Assembly (NCBI RefSeq): GCF_030697305.1
Contig: NZ_JAUYQL010000038.1
Location: 23,531 to 87,530 of the forward strand
DNA from: Phenylobacterium sp.
GTDB lineage: Bacteria; Pseudomonadota; Alphaproteobacteria; Caulobacterales; Caulobacteraceae
Length of the DNA: 64,000 nt
Direction: 5' to 3'
Under the pieces are notes generated by a model. That model saw only the letters and a list, made by a program, of their open reading frames with translations. It was not told the origin of the DNA and made no database searches. A program made the position numbers and the translations under genes. Shown here in pieces: positions 40,064 through 49,599 of this stretch (its first letter is position 1; each line of letters starts with the position of its first letter).

Positions 40064-40960
40064 ATGCTGCCCACCCTTCGACAACTGAGCTACCTCAAGC
40101 TGCTGGCCGAGAACGGCTCGTTCGGCCGCGCGGCCGAGGCGGCCCACGTGACCCAGCCGACCCTGTCGGCGGGAATCCAGGAGCTCGAGCGAACTCTTGG
40201 CGCATCGGTGGTCGACCGGGCGCGCAGCGGCGTGATCCTCACGCCGGTCGGCCAGGAGGCGCTGCGCCGCGCGACCAGCATCCTGATGGAGGCCGAGGAG
40301 CTGGTGGAGGCGGCCAAGAACGCCGGCCAGCCGCTAACCGGCCGGTTCCGCCTGGGCGTCATACCGACCATCGCGCCTTATCTGCTGCCCCGCGCCCTGC
40401 CCGCTTTGCGCGAGCGCTACCCGAAACTGCGGCTCTATCTGCGCGAGGACCTGACCCAGCGCCTGCTCACCGCGCTGAAGGCGGGCCAGCTCGACGCCGC
40501 GCTGATCGCCCTGCCCTTCGACATGGCCGGCCTCGCCAGCGCCCATGTGGCCGACGACGAACTGCTGGCCGCCGCCCCGCCCAACCATCCGTGGGCGCAG
40601 TCGGAGACCGTGGCGCCGTCGCAGATCGACGCCCAGGACCTTATTCTGCTGGAGGACGGCCACTGCCTGCGCGACCACGTGCTGCACGCCTGCGGGATCA
40701 GTCCACCCAAGGCGATGCAGGAGGAGGAACACTTCGCCGCGACGTCGTTGCCGACGATCGTGCAGATGGTGGGATCAGGCCTGGGCGTGACCTTCTTACC
40801 GGCCATGGCGGTGAACGCGGGCCTCGCCGACACCGCGCCGATCGTCGTGCGCCCGCTGGCGGCCGATCGCCCCAGCCGCGAGATCGTGGTGGTGTGGCGC
40901 GCCGGATCGAGCCGCGCGGCGGAAGGCCGGCTGCTGGCCGAAGTGTTCAAACAGAGCTGA
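40064..40960 (+). CDS. oxyR: Hydrogen peroxide-inducible LysR regulator OxyR
   Basis: LysR HTH 'VTQPTLSAGI', 'LGVIPTIAPYLLP', 'LLEDGHCLRDH', 'ATSL.T..QMV..G.G.T'; divergent from ahpCD. Confidence 0.9.
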   Translation: MLPTLRQLSYLKLLAENGSFGRAAEAAHVTQPTLSAGIQELERTLGASVVDRARSGVILTPVGQEALRRATSILMEAEELVEAAKNAGQPLTGRFRLGVIPTIAPYLLPRALPALRERYPKLRLYLREDLTQRLLTALKAGQLDAALIALPFDMAGLASAHVADDELLAAAPPNHPWAQSETVAPSQIDAQDLILLEDGHCLRDHVLHACGISPPKAMQEEEHFAATSLPTIVQMVGSGLGVTFLPAMAVNAGLADTAPIVVRPLAADRPSREIVVVWRAGSSRAAEGRLLAEVFKQS

Positions 40961-41014
40961 GTGGAACCCTACGCCCCCTTCGGGGACTCCAGACCACCTC
41001 TTGAGGAGACATCC

Positions 41015-41506
41015 GTGATCCGATCATCGATCAGCCTGGCCGCAGCGGCCCTCGTCCTGGGCGGCTGCGTGGGCATGTCGCGCAGCGAGACCGTGTCGCC
41101 GTTGTCCGACAACTGGGCGAGGAGCGGACGCATCGAGACGATCGCCCTGACCAAGGGCGACATCAAGGTGACCCCAGAGTTCGACGAGATCTTCAAGAGC
41201 CGGGTCAAATCCAAGCTCGACGCCTGCGCCAAGGGACCAACGCCTTTGACGCTGGAGGTCGCTCTCGATCGGCTGGACAAGGCGAACCCCGTGCTGACCA
41301 CGGTGGTCGCCGGCGCGAACGTCCTGCGCGGTCAGGCCCGGCTGGTGAACCCGGCGACCGGCGCTGTCGTCGCCGACTACAAGATCGGCAAGACCATCGT
41401 CGGCGGCCGCTTCGCCATCGTGGTGATGGGCCAGGCCGAGGAGCAGCTCTCCGACGCGTTCGGCGACGAGCTTTGCAAGCAGGCGTTCCTGCCGACCGAA
41501 AAATAG
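41015..41506 (+). CDS. Hypothetical lipoprotein (DUF4410-like)
   Basis: GGAG RBS + GTG; lipobox LGGC; alpha/beta periplasmic-type sequence. Confidence 0.6.
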   Translation: MIRSSISLAAAALVLGGCVGMSRSETVSPLSDNWARSGRIETIALTKGDIKVTPEFDEIFKSRVKSKLDACAKGPTPLTLEVALDRLDKANPVLTTVVAGANVLRGQARLVNPATGAVVADYKIGKTIVGGRFAIVVMGQAEEQLSDAFGDELCKQAFLPTEK

Positions 41507-41507
41507 T

Positions 41508-41568
41508 TTCGATATATCTATTGTGATCCGATCCAACTTCGATATATCTGCGCAATCGACATATCGAA
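41508..41568. promoter_or_regulatory. Triple operator-like repeat upstream of PadR gene
   Basis: TTCGATATATCT at 41508-41519 and 41538-41549 (exact), plus inverted TCGACATATCGAA 41556-41568. Confidence 0.65.
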
Positions 41569-41581
41569 ACAGGATCTATTT

Positions 41582-42157
41582 ATGCGCGGACTCTTTCATA
41601 ACCACCATCGCCGCGAACGCTTCGGCCGCGGCCCGTTCGGCGGCCATATGGGCGGCGGACACAGAGGCGGCCATCCCGGCCGCCACGGCGGATCGCGGAT
41701 CGGCCGCTTCCTCGAGCACGGCGATCTTCGCTTCGTGCTGTTGGCGCTGATCGCGGAGCAGCCGCGACACGGCTACGACCTGATCCGCGAACTGGAGACC
41801 CGAACCGGCGGCGCCTACCGGCCAAGCCCTGGCGTGGTCTACCCCACCCTGTCGCTGCTCGACGACGAGGGCTTCATCCAGCCATCCGCCGGCGACACCG
41901 CGCGCAAGCTGTTCGAGATCACGCCGGCCGGCCGCGAGGCGCTCGAGCGTGAAGGCCCGGCCGTGAAGGCGGTGTTCGCCCGCATGGCGGAAGCTGCGGC
42001 CCAATCCGACCAGACCGGCCCGCGGGTCCGCCGAGCCATGGAGAACCTCGGATCCTCCCTGCGCATCCGGCTGTCCCAGGGCGCCGTCACCGAGGCTCAG
42101 GTGGACGCCATAGCCCGCGCCATCGACGAGGCCGCCGCCGCCATCGAGCGGGTCTGA
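41582..42157 (+). CDS. PadR-family regulator, YqjI-like, with His/Gly-rich N-terminus
   Basis: 'GDLRFVLL.LI.E.PRHGY.LI', 'Y.PSPGVVYPTL..L.DEG'. Confidence 0.88.
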   Translation: MRGLFHNHHRRERFGRGPFGGHMGGGHRGGHPGRHGGSRIGRFLEHGDLRFVLLALIAEQPRHGYDLIRELETRTGGAYRPSPGVVYPTLSLLDDEGFIQPSAGDTARKLFEITPAGREALEREGPAVKAVFARMAEAAAQSDQTGPRVRRAMENLGSSLRIRLSQGAVTEAQVDAIARAIDEAAAAIERV

Positions 42158-42216
42158 GCGGCGGCTTGGTACAGCCCAGGTGATCGACGGGCGGTTCTCG
42201 CCTATATACGGCGGCC

Positions 42217-43044
42217 ATGAGCCGTCCGTTCCTCAAGATGAACGGGCTCGGCAACGACTTTGTCGTGGTCGAGGCCCGCAGCGCGCCCTTCGCGCCAAGC
42301 GCCGAAGACGTGCGCGCCATCGCCAACCGGACCAATGGCGTCGGCTGCGACCAGCTGGTGCTGATCGAGGGGTCGGACACAGCTGACGCCTTCGTGCGCT
42401 TCTGGAACGCCGACGGCGAGGAGATCGACGCCTGCGGCAACGGCTCGCGCTGCGTCGGCCTGCTGCTGATGCAGGCCTCGGGGCGCGACGAAGCGACCTT
42501 CGAGACCAAGGCCGGCGTGCTCACCGCGCGCCGCGCCGGGCCGACGCAGATCAGCGTCGACATGGGCGCGCCCGGTCTCTCCTGGACCGACATCCCCCTG
42601 GCTGAGGCCATGGACACCCGCGGTGTCGAGCTGCAGGTGGGCCCGATCGACGCGCCGCTGCTGCACACGCCGGGCTGCGTCTCGATGGGCAATCCCCACG
42701 TGGTGTTCTTCGTCCCCGACGTGGACGTTGCGCCTGTGAGGCAGGTCGGATCGCTGATCGAACACCACCCTCTGTTCCCCGAAGGCGTCAACGTCGGCTT
42801 CGCCCAGATCAAGGCGCGCGACCGAATTCGCCTGCGGGTCTGGGAACGCGGCGCGGGCTTGACCAAGGCCTGCGGCACCGGCGCCTGTGCGGCGCTGGTC
42901 GCCAGCCATCGCCGCGGCTTCGTCGATCGGGAGGCGACGCTCGAGCTGGACGGCGGCGACCTGCACATCGAATGGCGCGCCAGCGACGACCACGTGATCA
43001 TGACCGGGCCGGCGCAGATCGACTTCAGCGGCGTGCTGCCGTGA
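42217..43044 (+). CDS. dapF: Diaminopimelate epimerase
   Basis: 'KMNGLGNDF', 'NADG....ACGNG.RC', 'MGNPH', 'WERGAG.T.ACGTG'. Confidence 0.95.
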   Translation: MSRPFLKMNGLGNDFVVVEARSAPFAPSAEDVRAIANRTNGVGCDQLVLIEGSDTADAFVRFWNADGEEIDACGNGSRCVGLLLMQASGRDEATFETKAGVLTARRAGPTQISVDMGAPGLSWTDIPLAEAMDTRGVELQVGPIDAPLLHTPGCVSMGNPHVVFFVPDVDVAPVRQVGSLIEHHPLFPEGVNVGFAQIKARDRIRLRVWERGAGLTKACGTGACAALVASHRRGFVDREATLELDGGDLHIEWRASDDHVIMTGPAQIDFSGVLP

Positions 43045-44348
43045 ACGCGCTCGTGGTCCCGCCGCCCGCCCCGCAGGCCCCAGCGCAGGGCGACGTCGAA
43101 GTCGTCACCTTCGGCTGTCGCCTGAACGCTTACGAGAGCGAGCTGATCCGCGCCCGCGCAGCGCAGGACGGGCTGACCGACGCGGTGGTGTTCAACACCT
43201 GCGCGGTGACCGGGGAAGCGGTGCGTCAGGCCCGCCAGGCGATCCGCAAGGCCCGCCGGGAACGCCCCGGCGCCCGGCTGATCGTCACCGGTTGCGCCGC
43301 CCAGATCGATCCCGCCGCCTTCGCCGGCATGGCCGAGGTGGACCTGGTGCTGGGCAATGGCGACAAGGCCAGTCCCGGCGCCTACCTGCCCGCCGCCGAC
43401 GGCGCACGGGTGCGGGTCAACGACATCATGAGCGTGCGCGAGACCGCGCCGCAGCTGGTCGACGGCCTGAAGGACCGGGCGCGAGCCTATGTCGAGGTGC
43501 AGAATGGCTGCGACCACCGCTGCACCTTCTGCGTGATCCCCTACGGCCGTGGGAATTCCCGATCCGTGCCCGCCGGCGTAGTGGTCGATCAAGTGCGCCG
43601 GCTGGCCGCCCAGGGCTACCGCGAGGTGGTGCTGACCGGCGTCGACGTGACGAGCTGGGGCTCCGACCTGCCGGGCGCGCCGACCCTGGGCCAGCTGGTG
43701 GCGCGCATCCTCAGGCACGCGCCGGAGCTGCCGCGGCTGCGACTGTCCTCGATCGACGCCGCCGAGATCGACCCCGACCTGATGCGCTGCCTGGCCGAGG
43801 AGCCGCGGCTCGCCCCCTACCTTCATCTGTCGCTGCAGGCCGGCGACGACATGATCCTCAAGCGCATGAAGCGCCGCCACTCGCGCGCCGACGCGCTGAA
43901 GCTGATCGCCGATGTGCGCGCCGTGCGGCCCGACGTGGCGTTCGGCGCCGACCTGATCGCCGGTTTCCCTACCGAGACCGAGGCGATGTTTGAGAACACC
44001 CTGCGCCTGGTCGAGGATGCGGGTCTGGCCTTCCTGCACGTCTTCCCGTTCAGCCCGCGCCCAGGCACGCCCGCGGCGCGAATGCCGCAACTTCCTCGCC
44101 AGGTGATCCGCGAACGCGCCGCGCGTCTGCGCGCGGCCGGTGAGGCGGCGCTGGCCCGCCATCTCGATCGCCAGACCGGGAGTACGCTCGACGCCCTGGT
44201 CGAACGCCCCGGCGTGGCCCGGGCCGCCGACTTCACCGAACTGGCGTTCACCGGCGCGGCGCCGGCAGGCGAGATCGTGGCTATGCGGATCACCGGCCAC
44301 GACGGACGTCGCGCGTCGGCGGAAACGCTCGACCGCGGGGAGACCTAG
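43041..44348 (+). CDS. mtaB: tRNA threonylcarbamoyladenosine methylthiotransferase
   Basis: 'TFGCRLN.YES', 'NTCAVT', 'QNGCDHRCTFC', 'HVFPFS.RPGT.A'. Confidence 0.9.
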   Translation: MNALVVPPPAPQAPAQGDVEVVTFGCRLNAYESELIRARAAQDGLTDAVVFNTCAVTGEAVRQARQAIRKARRERPGARLIVTGCAAQIDPAAFAGMAEVDLVLGNGDKASPGAYLPAADGARVRVNDIMSVRETAPQLVDGLKDRARAYVEVQNGCDHRCTFCVIPYGRGNSRSVPAGVVVDQVRRLAAQGYREVVLTGVDVTSWGSDLPGAPTLGQLVARILRHAPELPRLRLSSIDAAEIDPDLMRCLAEEPRLAPYLHLSLQAGDDMILKRMKRRHSRADALKLIADVRAVRPDVAFGADLIAGFPTETEAMFENTLRLVEDAGLAFLHVFPFSPRPGTPAARMPQLPRQVIRERAARLRAAGEAALARHLDRQTGSTLDALVERPGVARAADFTELAFTGAAPAGEIVAMRITGHDGRRASAETLDRGET

Positions 44349-44780
44349 ATGGCCTGGACCGGCGGCTGCCAGTGCGGCGCAGTGCGGTTCCGCGTCGAGG
44401 GCGACCTCGGCCGCGCCAGCATCTGCCATTGCCGGATGTGCCAGAAGGCCACCGGCGGCCCGTTCGGCGCCTTCGTCACCGTGCAGCGCGACGACCTGAC
44501 CTGGACCCGCGCCGAGCCGCAGCGCTTCCAGAGCTCAAATATCGTACGCCGCGGCTTCTGCGCAGCATGCGGGACGCCGCTGACCTTCGAGACCGACCGG
44601 TCGACAGACCTCTCGATTTTCGCCTTCGATCGCGTCGGCGAGATCACGCCCGTCATCCAGCTCGAACCTGAGCGCTCACCCGCCTGGGTGGCCCACGTCG
44701 CCGGACTGCCGGTCGTGGTCGCGCCGACAGGCCACTTCGATCGGATCATCTCGCACCAGCACCCAGACCACGACACCTAG
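44349..44780 (+). CDS. GFA/CENP-V family zinc protein
   Basis: 'TGGCQCGAVR', 'CHC.MCQKA.G', 'FC..CGTPL'. Confidence 0.88.
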   Translation: MAWTGGCQCGAVRFRVEGDLGRASICHCRMCQKATGGPFGAFVTVQRDDLTWTRAEPQRFQSSNIVRRGFCAACGTPLTFETDRSTDLSIFAFDRVGEITPVIQLEPERSPAWVAHVAGLPVVVAPTGHFDRIISHQHPDHDT

Positions 44781-45406
44781 TCCTCCGGCGACGCGCGACC
44801 GGGGAAGCCTGGCAGACTCCATCCGAACACCAGGGCCCCGGCCCGCAAGGCGAGAGCCGCGCCGAAGCCCGCCAGCCCCGCTACGGCCGCGCCGACGCCG
44901 AGCAGTCCAAGGCCCACGTAGGTCGCAGCCCCGACCAGCGCCGCGGTGACGTAGATCTCGCGCTTCAAAAGCACCGACGGCTCGTCGGCCAGGACGTCGC
45001 GGACGATTCCACCAAAGGTCGCGGTCAGCACGCCCAGCACCACGGCGGTGAGCGGCGGCGCGCCCAGCGCTCCTGCCTTCGCTGCGCCAGCGACGCTGTA
45101 GGCGGCCATGCCCAGGGCATCCAGCCAGATCAGCAGGCGGTAGCGGCCACGTTTGGCCCCGAACAGCCACACCGCGACAGCCGCCAGCAGACAGGCGACC
45201 AGATAGGCTGGCTGATGCACCCAGACCACCGGCGCGCCCAGCAGCAGATCGCGCAAGGTCCCGCCGCCGACGCCGGTGATCGCCGCGAAGAACCCGAAGG
45301 TGACGATGTCGTGCTTGCGCCTGGCCGCGGCCAGGGCGCCGGTCGCGCCGAACACCGCCACGGCGGCGTAGTCCAGCCAGATCAGCGCGGTCTCGAAGCC
45401 GTCCAT
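44777..45406 (-). CDS. TRIC/UPF0126 (YadS-like) membrane protein
   Basis: 'GVGGGT.RD.LLG', 'DALG', 'T..FGG..RD.L'. Confidence 0.87.
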   Translation of the reverse strand: MDGFETALIWLDYAAVAVFGATGALAAARRKHDIVTFGFFAAITGVGGGTLRDLLLGAPVVWVHQPAYLVACLLAAVAVWLFGAKRGRYRLLIWLDALGMAAYSVAGAAKAGALGAPPLTAVVLGVLTATFGGIVRDVLADEPSVLLKREIYVTAALVGAATYVGLGLLGVGAAVAGLAGFGAALALRAGALVFGWSLPGFPGRASPED

Positions 45407-45477
45407 CCCCTGCCCCTTCCGCCCCCAGGCTCAGGCGCGGTTCCCTCGACGGCGGAAACCGCGCTAGAAGGCGCCCC

Positions 45478-46413
45478 ATGACCGAACCCAAGAAGGGCTG
45501 GTTCCAGCGCCTCACCCAGGGGCTGTCGCGCTCGTCCAAGGCGATGACCGAGCAGCTTACCGGCGCCTTCGTCAAGGCGCCGCTCGACCAGGCGCGCCTC
45601 GACGCTCTGGAGGAGATGCTGATCGAAGCCGACCTCGGCCCGCAGTCGGCCGCGCGTATCGTCGAGCGGTTCGGGGCGGAGCGCTTCGGCCGCAGCGTCG
45701 ACGAGCGCGAGATCCAGGAGGCCCTGGCCGAGGCGATCGGTGACGAGCTCACCGCGCGCCAGGGGGACTTCGACCCCTTGGGCGGCCCCAAGCCGTTCGT
45801 GGTGCTGTTCATCGGGGTCAACGGCTCGGGCAAGACCACGACGCTGGGCAAGATCGCCGCCGAGCTGAAGGGGCGCGGCGCCAAGGTGCTGATCGCCGCC
45901 GGCGACACCTTCCGCGCCGCCGCTGTCGAGCAACTTCAGGTGTGGGCGGACCGTGCCGGCGCCGACTTCATGTCCAGGCCCACCGGATCCGACGCCGCGG
46001 GCCTGGCTTACGACGCGCTCGAGAAGGCGCGGGCCGAGGATTATGACGTACTGCTGATCGACACCGCCGGGCGGCTGCAGAACAAGCAGGGCCTGATGGA
46101 CGAGTTGCACAAGATCATCCGGGTGCTGAAAAAAGTCGATGCGGACGCCCCGCACGAGACCCTGCTGGTGCTGGACGCCACGGTCGGGCGCAACGCGTTG
46201 GCCCAGGAGAACATCTTCGGGAACCAGATCGGCGTCTCGGGCATCGTCATGACCAAGCTGGACGGCACGGCGCGCGGCGGGGTGCTGGTGCCGGTGGCGC
46301 AGGCTTCGGACTCGCCGATCAAGCTGATCGGGGTGGGCGAGCAGATCGAGGATCTGCAGCCCTTCAATGCGCGCGCCTTCGCCCGCTCGCTGGTCGGACT
46401 GGAGGACGCGTGA
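45478..46413 (+). CDS. ftsY: SRP receptor FtsY
   Basis: 'GVNGSGKTTT.GK', 'DTFRAAA', 'DTAGRL', 'KLDGTARGG'. Confidence 0.96.
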   Translation: MTEPKKGWFQRLTQGLSRSSKAMTEQLTGAFVKAPLDQARLDALEEMLIEADLGPQSAARIVERFGAERFGRSVDEREIQEALAEAIGDELTARQGDFDPLGGPKPFVVLFIGVNGSGKTTTLGKIAAELKGRGAKVLIAAGDTFRAAAVEQLQVWADRAGADFMSRPTGSDAAGLAYDALEKARAEDYDVLLIDTAGRLQNKQGLMDELHKIIRVLKKVDADAPHETLLVLDATVGRNALAQENIFGNQIGVSGIVMTKLDGTARGGVLVPVAQASDSPIKLIGVGEQIEDLQPFNARAFARSLVGLEDA

Positions 46414-47009
46414 CCGTATCGCCGAAAGCAAAAGGCTGGATCCGCGCCGCCGTCGACTACGGGGCGCCGCTGAGCTTCATGGTCGCGTTCCTGATCACCC
46501 GCGACGCCGTGACGGCGAGCTGGGCGCTGGTCGGCGGGGCGGGCGTGGCGTTGCTGGTGGGCTATGTGGCCGAGCGGCGGATCGCGCCGATGCCGCTGAT
46601 CGCCGGGGTCGCTGCGCTGATCTTCGGCGGCATGACGCTGATCTTCCACGACGAGCGGTTCATCAAGATCAAGCCGACGGTGCTGAACCTGGGCTTCGCG
46701 GCGTTCCTGCTGGGCGGGGTGGCGACGCGCCGCAACCCGCTGAAGGCGCTGCTGGGCGAGACCCTGCGCATGCCGGACGAGGCCTGGCGCACCCTGACGC
46801 TGCGCTATGGGATCTTCTTCCTGTGCGCGGCGGTGTTGAACGAGGCGGTGTGGCGCACTCAATCCACCTATGTTTGGGCCTGGTTCCGCTTCCCGGGCCT
46901 GCAGATCCTGGCGATCCTGTTCTCGCTGACCCAGGCGCCGCTGATGATGAAGCACGCCAAGGCCGCCGACGAGGAAGCGCCAGCCATTCCGCCGCCGCCC
47001 ACGGAGTAG
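46410..47009 (+). CDS. ispZ: Intracellular septation protein A (YciB/IspZ)
   Basis: 'FGG.TL..HD..FIK.KPT', 'LNE.VWR', 'W..F...G'. Confidence 0.88.
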   Translation: MTVSPKAKGWIRAAVDYGAPLSFMVAFLITRDAVTASWALVGGAGVALLVGYVAERRIAPMPLIAGVAALIFGGMTLIFHDERFIKIKPTVLNLGFAAFLLGGVATRRNPLKALLGETLRMPDEAWRTLTLRYGIFFLCAAVLNEAVWRTQSTYVWAWFRFPGLQILAILFSLTQAPLMMKHAKAADEEAPAIPPPPTE

Positions 47010-47094
47010 ACGCTCACACCGCCTACGGACGATCCGTCGCCAAACCGCAACAATAAGAGCGTAGGCTGAAAGTCCCGATCAGGAGACGTCAGCC

Positions 47095-47679
47095 ATGGCC
47101 GCCGCGAAAGGCAAGTTGGGGGGCAAGTCTGGCCGCAAATCCGTGGTCGCCGCGCTGGAGCGCTCGCCCAGCCACCTGCTGCACCGCGCGTTGCAGCTCG
47201 CGCTCGACATCTACGCCGAAGAAGTCGGCGACTCCGCGCTGACCCAGCGCCAGTACGCCGTGCTGGCCGCGGCCGCGGCCCACGAAGGCGCGACCCAGAC
47301 TGACCTCGTCAGGATCACCGGTATCGACCGCTCCACCCTGGCCGACATGGCCGCGCGGATGATCGGCCGCGGGTTGCTCGAGCGCGAACGATCGCAATTG
47401 GACGCCCGGGCCAACGCCGTGACCATCACCGACCACGGCCGTGCGGCCCTGGAGGATGTGCAGCCGAAGGTCGCGGCCGCCGATGCGCGGCTGCTGAAGC
47501 TGATCGCCCGCAACAGCCGGCGCGAGACGTTCCTGGAACTGCTGGGCGAGCTGGTCGCCGCTGAGCCGTCGGCGCCGGCCAGCGAACCCGCCAACGACGA
47601 GGCCAAGACGCCCAAGGCGGCGAAGCCGCCAAAGTCGCCCAAGGCCGACGGCAAGAAGAAGAAAAAGAAGGCCGCCTAG
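47095..47679 (+). CDS. MarR-family regulator with Lys-rich tails
   Basis: 'LT.RQY.VL', 'TQTDL...TGIDRST', 'DARA..V.IT..G'. Confidence 0.85.
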   Translation: MAAAKGKLGGKSGRKSVVAALERSPSHLLHRALQLALDIYAEEVGDSALTQRQYAVLAAAAAHEGATQTDLVRITGIDRSTLADMAARMIGRGLLERERSQLDARANAVTITDHGRAALEDVQPKVAAADARLLKLIARNSRRETFLELLGELVAAEPSAPASEPANDEAKTPKAAKPPKSPKADGKKKKKKAA

Positions 47680-47794
47680 TCCGCGCGGCTGCGATTGCCG
47701 CCCTTCGGCCGGCGTCGTCAAATGGCCGCCGCATCAACTGAGCATGGTCTGCGCTCGAGACAGGTCGGTCATCCTCGACCCGGAGGCTTTTGCG

Positions 47795-48448
47795 ATGATC
47801 CCCACCATCACCGCCTTTGAACGCTCGCCGGATCGCGGTCGGGGTCTGGCGCGCGACATGCGCGTGCGCTGGGCGCTCGAGGAGGTGGGTCAGCCCTATG
47901 ACGTGCGTCTGGTGTCGTTCGAGGCGATGAAGCAGCCCGCCCATCTCGCCCTGCACCCCTTCGGCCAGATCCCGACATTCGAGGAGGGCGACCTTGCCCT
48001 TTTCGAAACGGGAGCGATCGTCTTCCACATCGCCGAGCAGAACGCGGGACTGCTGCCCAGCGATGCGAACGCCCGAGCGCGCGCCGTGACCTGGATGTTC
48101 GCCGCGCTCAATACGGTGGAGCCGCCGGTGCTTGAGCGCGAAATGGCCAGGCTCGTGGAGCGCGACAAGCCGTGGTTCGAGGCGCGCCTGCCGATCCTCG
48201 AGGACCGCATACGCAGCCGGCTGGGCGCGCTGTCCGATCGCCTGGGTGACGCCGACTGGCTCGACGGCGACTTCAGCGCCGGCGACCTGATGATGGCGAT
48301 GGTCCTGCTCAGGCTGAAGGGCTCGGATCTGCTCGGTAGGTATCCGAACCTCGCCGCCTACCTCGCCCGCGGCGAGGCGCGGCCGGCCTACCAGCGCGCC
48401 TTCGCCGCCCAGCTGGCGGTCTTCACCAGCCAGCAACCCGACGGCTGA
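47795..48448 (+). CDS. Glutathione S-transferase family protein
   Basis: 'GRGLARD.RVRWALEE', 'PFGQIP', 'FETGAI'; GGAGG RBS before ATG 47795. Confidence 0.88.
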   Translation: MIPTITAFERSPDRGRGLARDMRVRWALEEVGQPYDVRLVSFEAMKQPAHLALHPFGQIPTFEEGDLALFETGAIVFHIAEQNAGLLPSDANARARAVTWMFAALNTVEPPVLEREMARLVERDKPWFEARLPILEDRIRSRLGALSDRLGDADWLDGDFSAGDLMMAMVLLRLKGSDLLGRYPNLAAYLARGEARPAYQRAFAAQLAVFTSQQPDG

Positions 48449-48456
48449 TGACTGCG

Positions 48457-49539
48457 TCAGTAACCCCCGCCGCGCGCCGTCGGCTCAGCGCCGACACGGG
48501 GTGAAGCGTCGATGGCCTGGGCGATGATCCGCAGCGCGTCGTCCACATCGCGCTCGGTGATGTCCAGATAGAAGACCGCGCGTATCGCATCCGCCCCGGA
48601 GGGCAGCATCCACAACCCGCGTTGATGCGCCTGATCGACCACGCTGCCCGCGGCGACATCGGTCAGCCGATAGCGGACGATGTTCGACTGCACGCTCGCC
48701 GGGTCGATCTCGATTCCGTCGATCTGCGCGAGGCCCTGGGCGAACCGAGCGGCGAGTGCGTGGGTCTCGCCCAGCCGCGGGCGATGGTGCTCCAGGGCAT
48801 GCAGAGCGCCCGCCGCGACCAGACCCGCCTGGCGAAAGCCGCCGCCGAACATCTGCTTGAAGCGACGCGCCCGGCTGACGAAATCCGCAGGTCCCACCAG
48901 GCAGGAGCCCATGGGCGCGCCAAGCGCCTTCGACATGCAGACGCTCACCGTGTCGAACGATCGCGCATAGTCCGCCTCGGACACGCCGGTCGCGGCCGTC
49001 GCATGCCATAGGCGCGCGCCGTCGAGGTGGGTCGCCAGCCCGTGTCGCCGACCCGCCGCCGTCGCCGCCTCCAAGGCTTCGAGCGGCCAGATCGAGCCGC
49101 CGCCGTTGTTGTGGGTGTTCTCCAGGCACAGCAGGCGCGCCGGAGCGGTCACGGTCGTCGGGAAGAAGCGGTGCGGAACCCCGATCACGGCGTCGACGTC
49201 GGCGGGCGTGAAGATCCCTCTGACGCCGGGAAGCGGCCTGGGCAGCACGCCGGAGAACGCCGCCACGCCGCCGTTCTCCAGGACGTAGACGTGGGCGGCC
49301 TGGTCGAACAGCACGGCGTCGCCCGGCTGGGTATGGGTGCGCACGGCGACCTGGTTGGTCATCGTGCCGCTGGGCATGTAGACGGCGTCTTCCTTGCCCA
49401 GGATGTCGGCCACCGCCGCCTCCAGCGCCTTGACCGTCGGATCGTCGCCATAGACGTCGTCACCGACCTCGGCGTAGGCCATCACCCGTCGCATTTCGGG
49501 CGTAGGACGGCTGCAGGTGTCGCTACGCAGGTCGATCAT
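48457..49539 (-). CDS. ltaE: Low-specificity L-threonine aldolase
   Basis: 'DLRSDT...P', 'GDDVYGDDPTV..LE', 'SGTM.N', 'HLDGARLW', 'CMSKALGAP.GS'. Confidence 0.9.
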   Translation of the reverse strand: MIDLRSDTCSRPTPEMRRVMAYAEVGDDVYGDDPTVKALEAAVADILGKEDAVYMPSGTMTNQVAVRTHTQPGDAVLFDQAAHVYVLENGGVAAFSGVLPRPLPGVRGIFTPADVDAVIGVPHRFFPTTVTAPARLLCLENTHNNGGGSIWPLEALEAATAAGRRHGLATHLDGARLWHATAATGVSEADYARSFDTVSVCMSKALGAPMGSCLVGPADFVSRARRFKQMFGGGFRQAGLVAAGALHALEHHRPRLGETHALAARFAQGLAQIDGIEIDPASVQSNIVRYRLTDVAAGSVVDQAHQRGLWMLPSGADAIRAVFYLDITERDVDDALRIIAQAIDASPRVGAEPTARGGGY

Positions 49540-49599
49540 CGCACGCCCCCCGTTCGGGCCCAAGCGGGCCTCGGCGAGGCGCAATCTAGCGCGCCGACG

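Noticed and set aside
42087-44429. 780-aa minus-strand ORF
   Set aside because: Antisense shadow of dapF-mtaB; Arg/Ala/Gly-rich, no motifs; expected in high-GC DNA.
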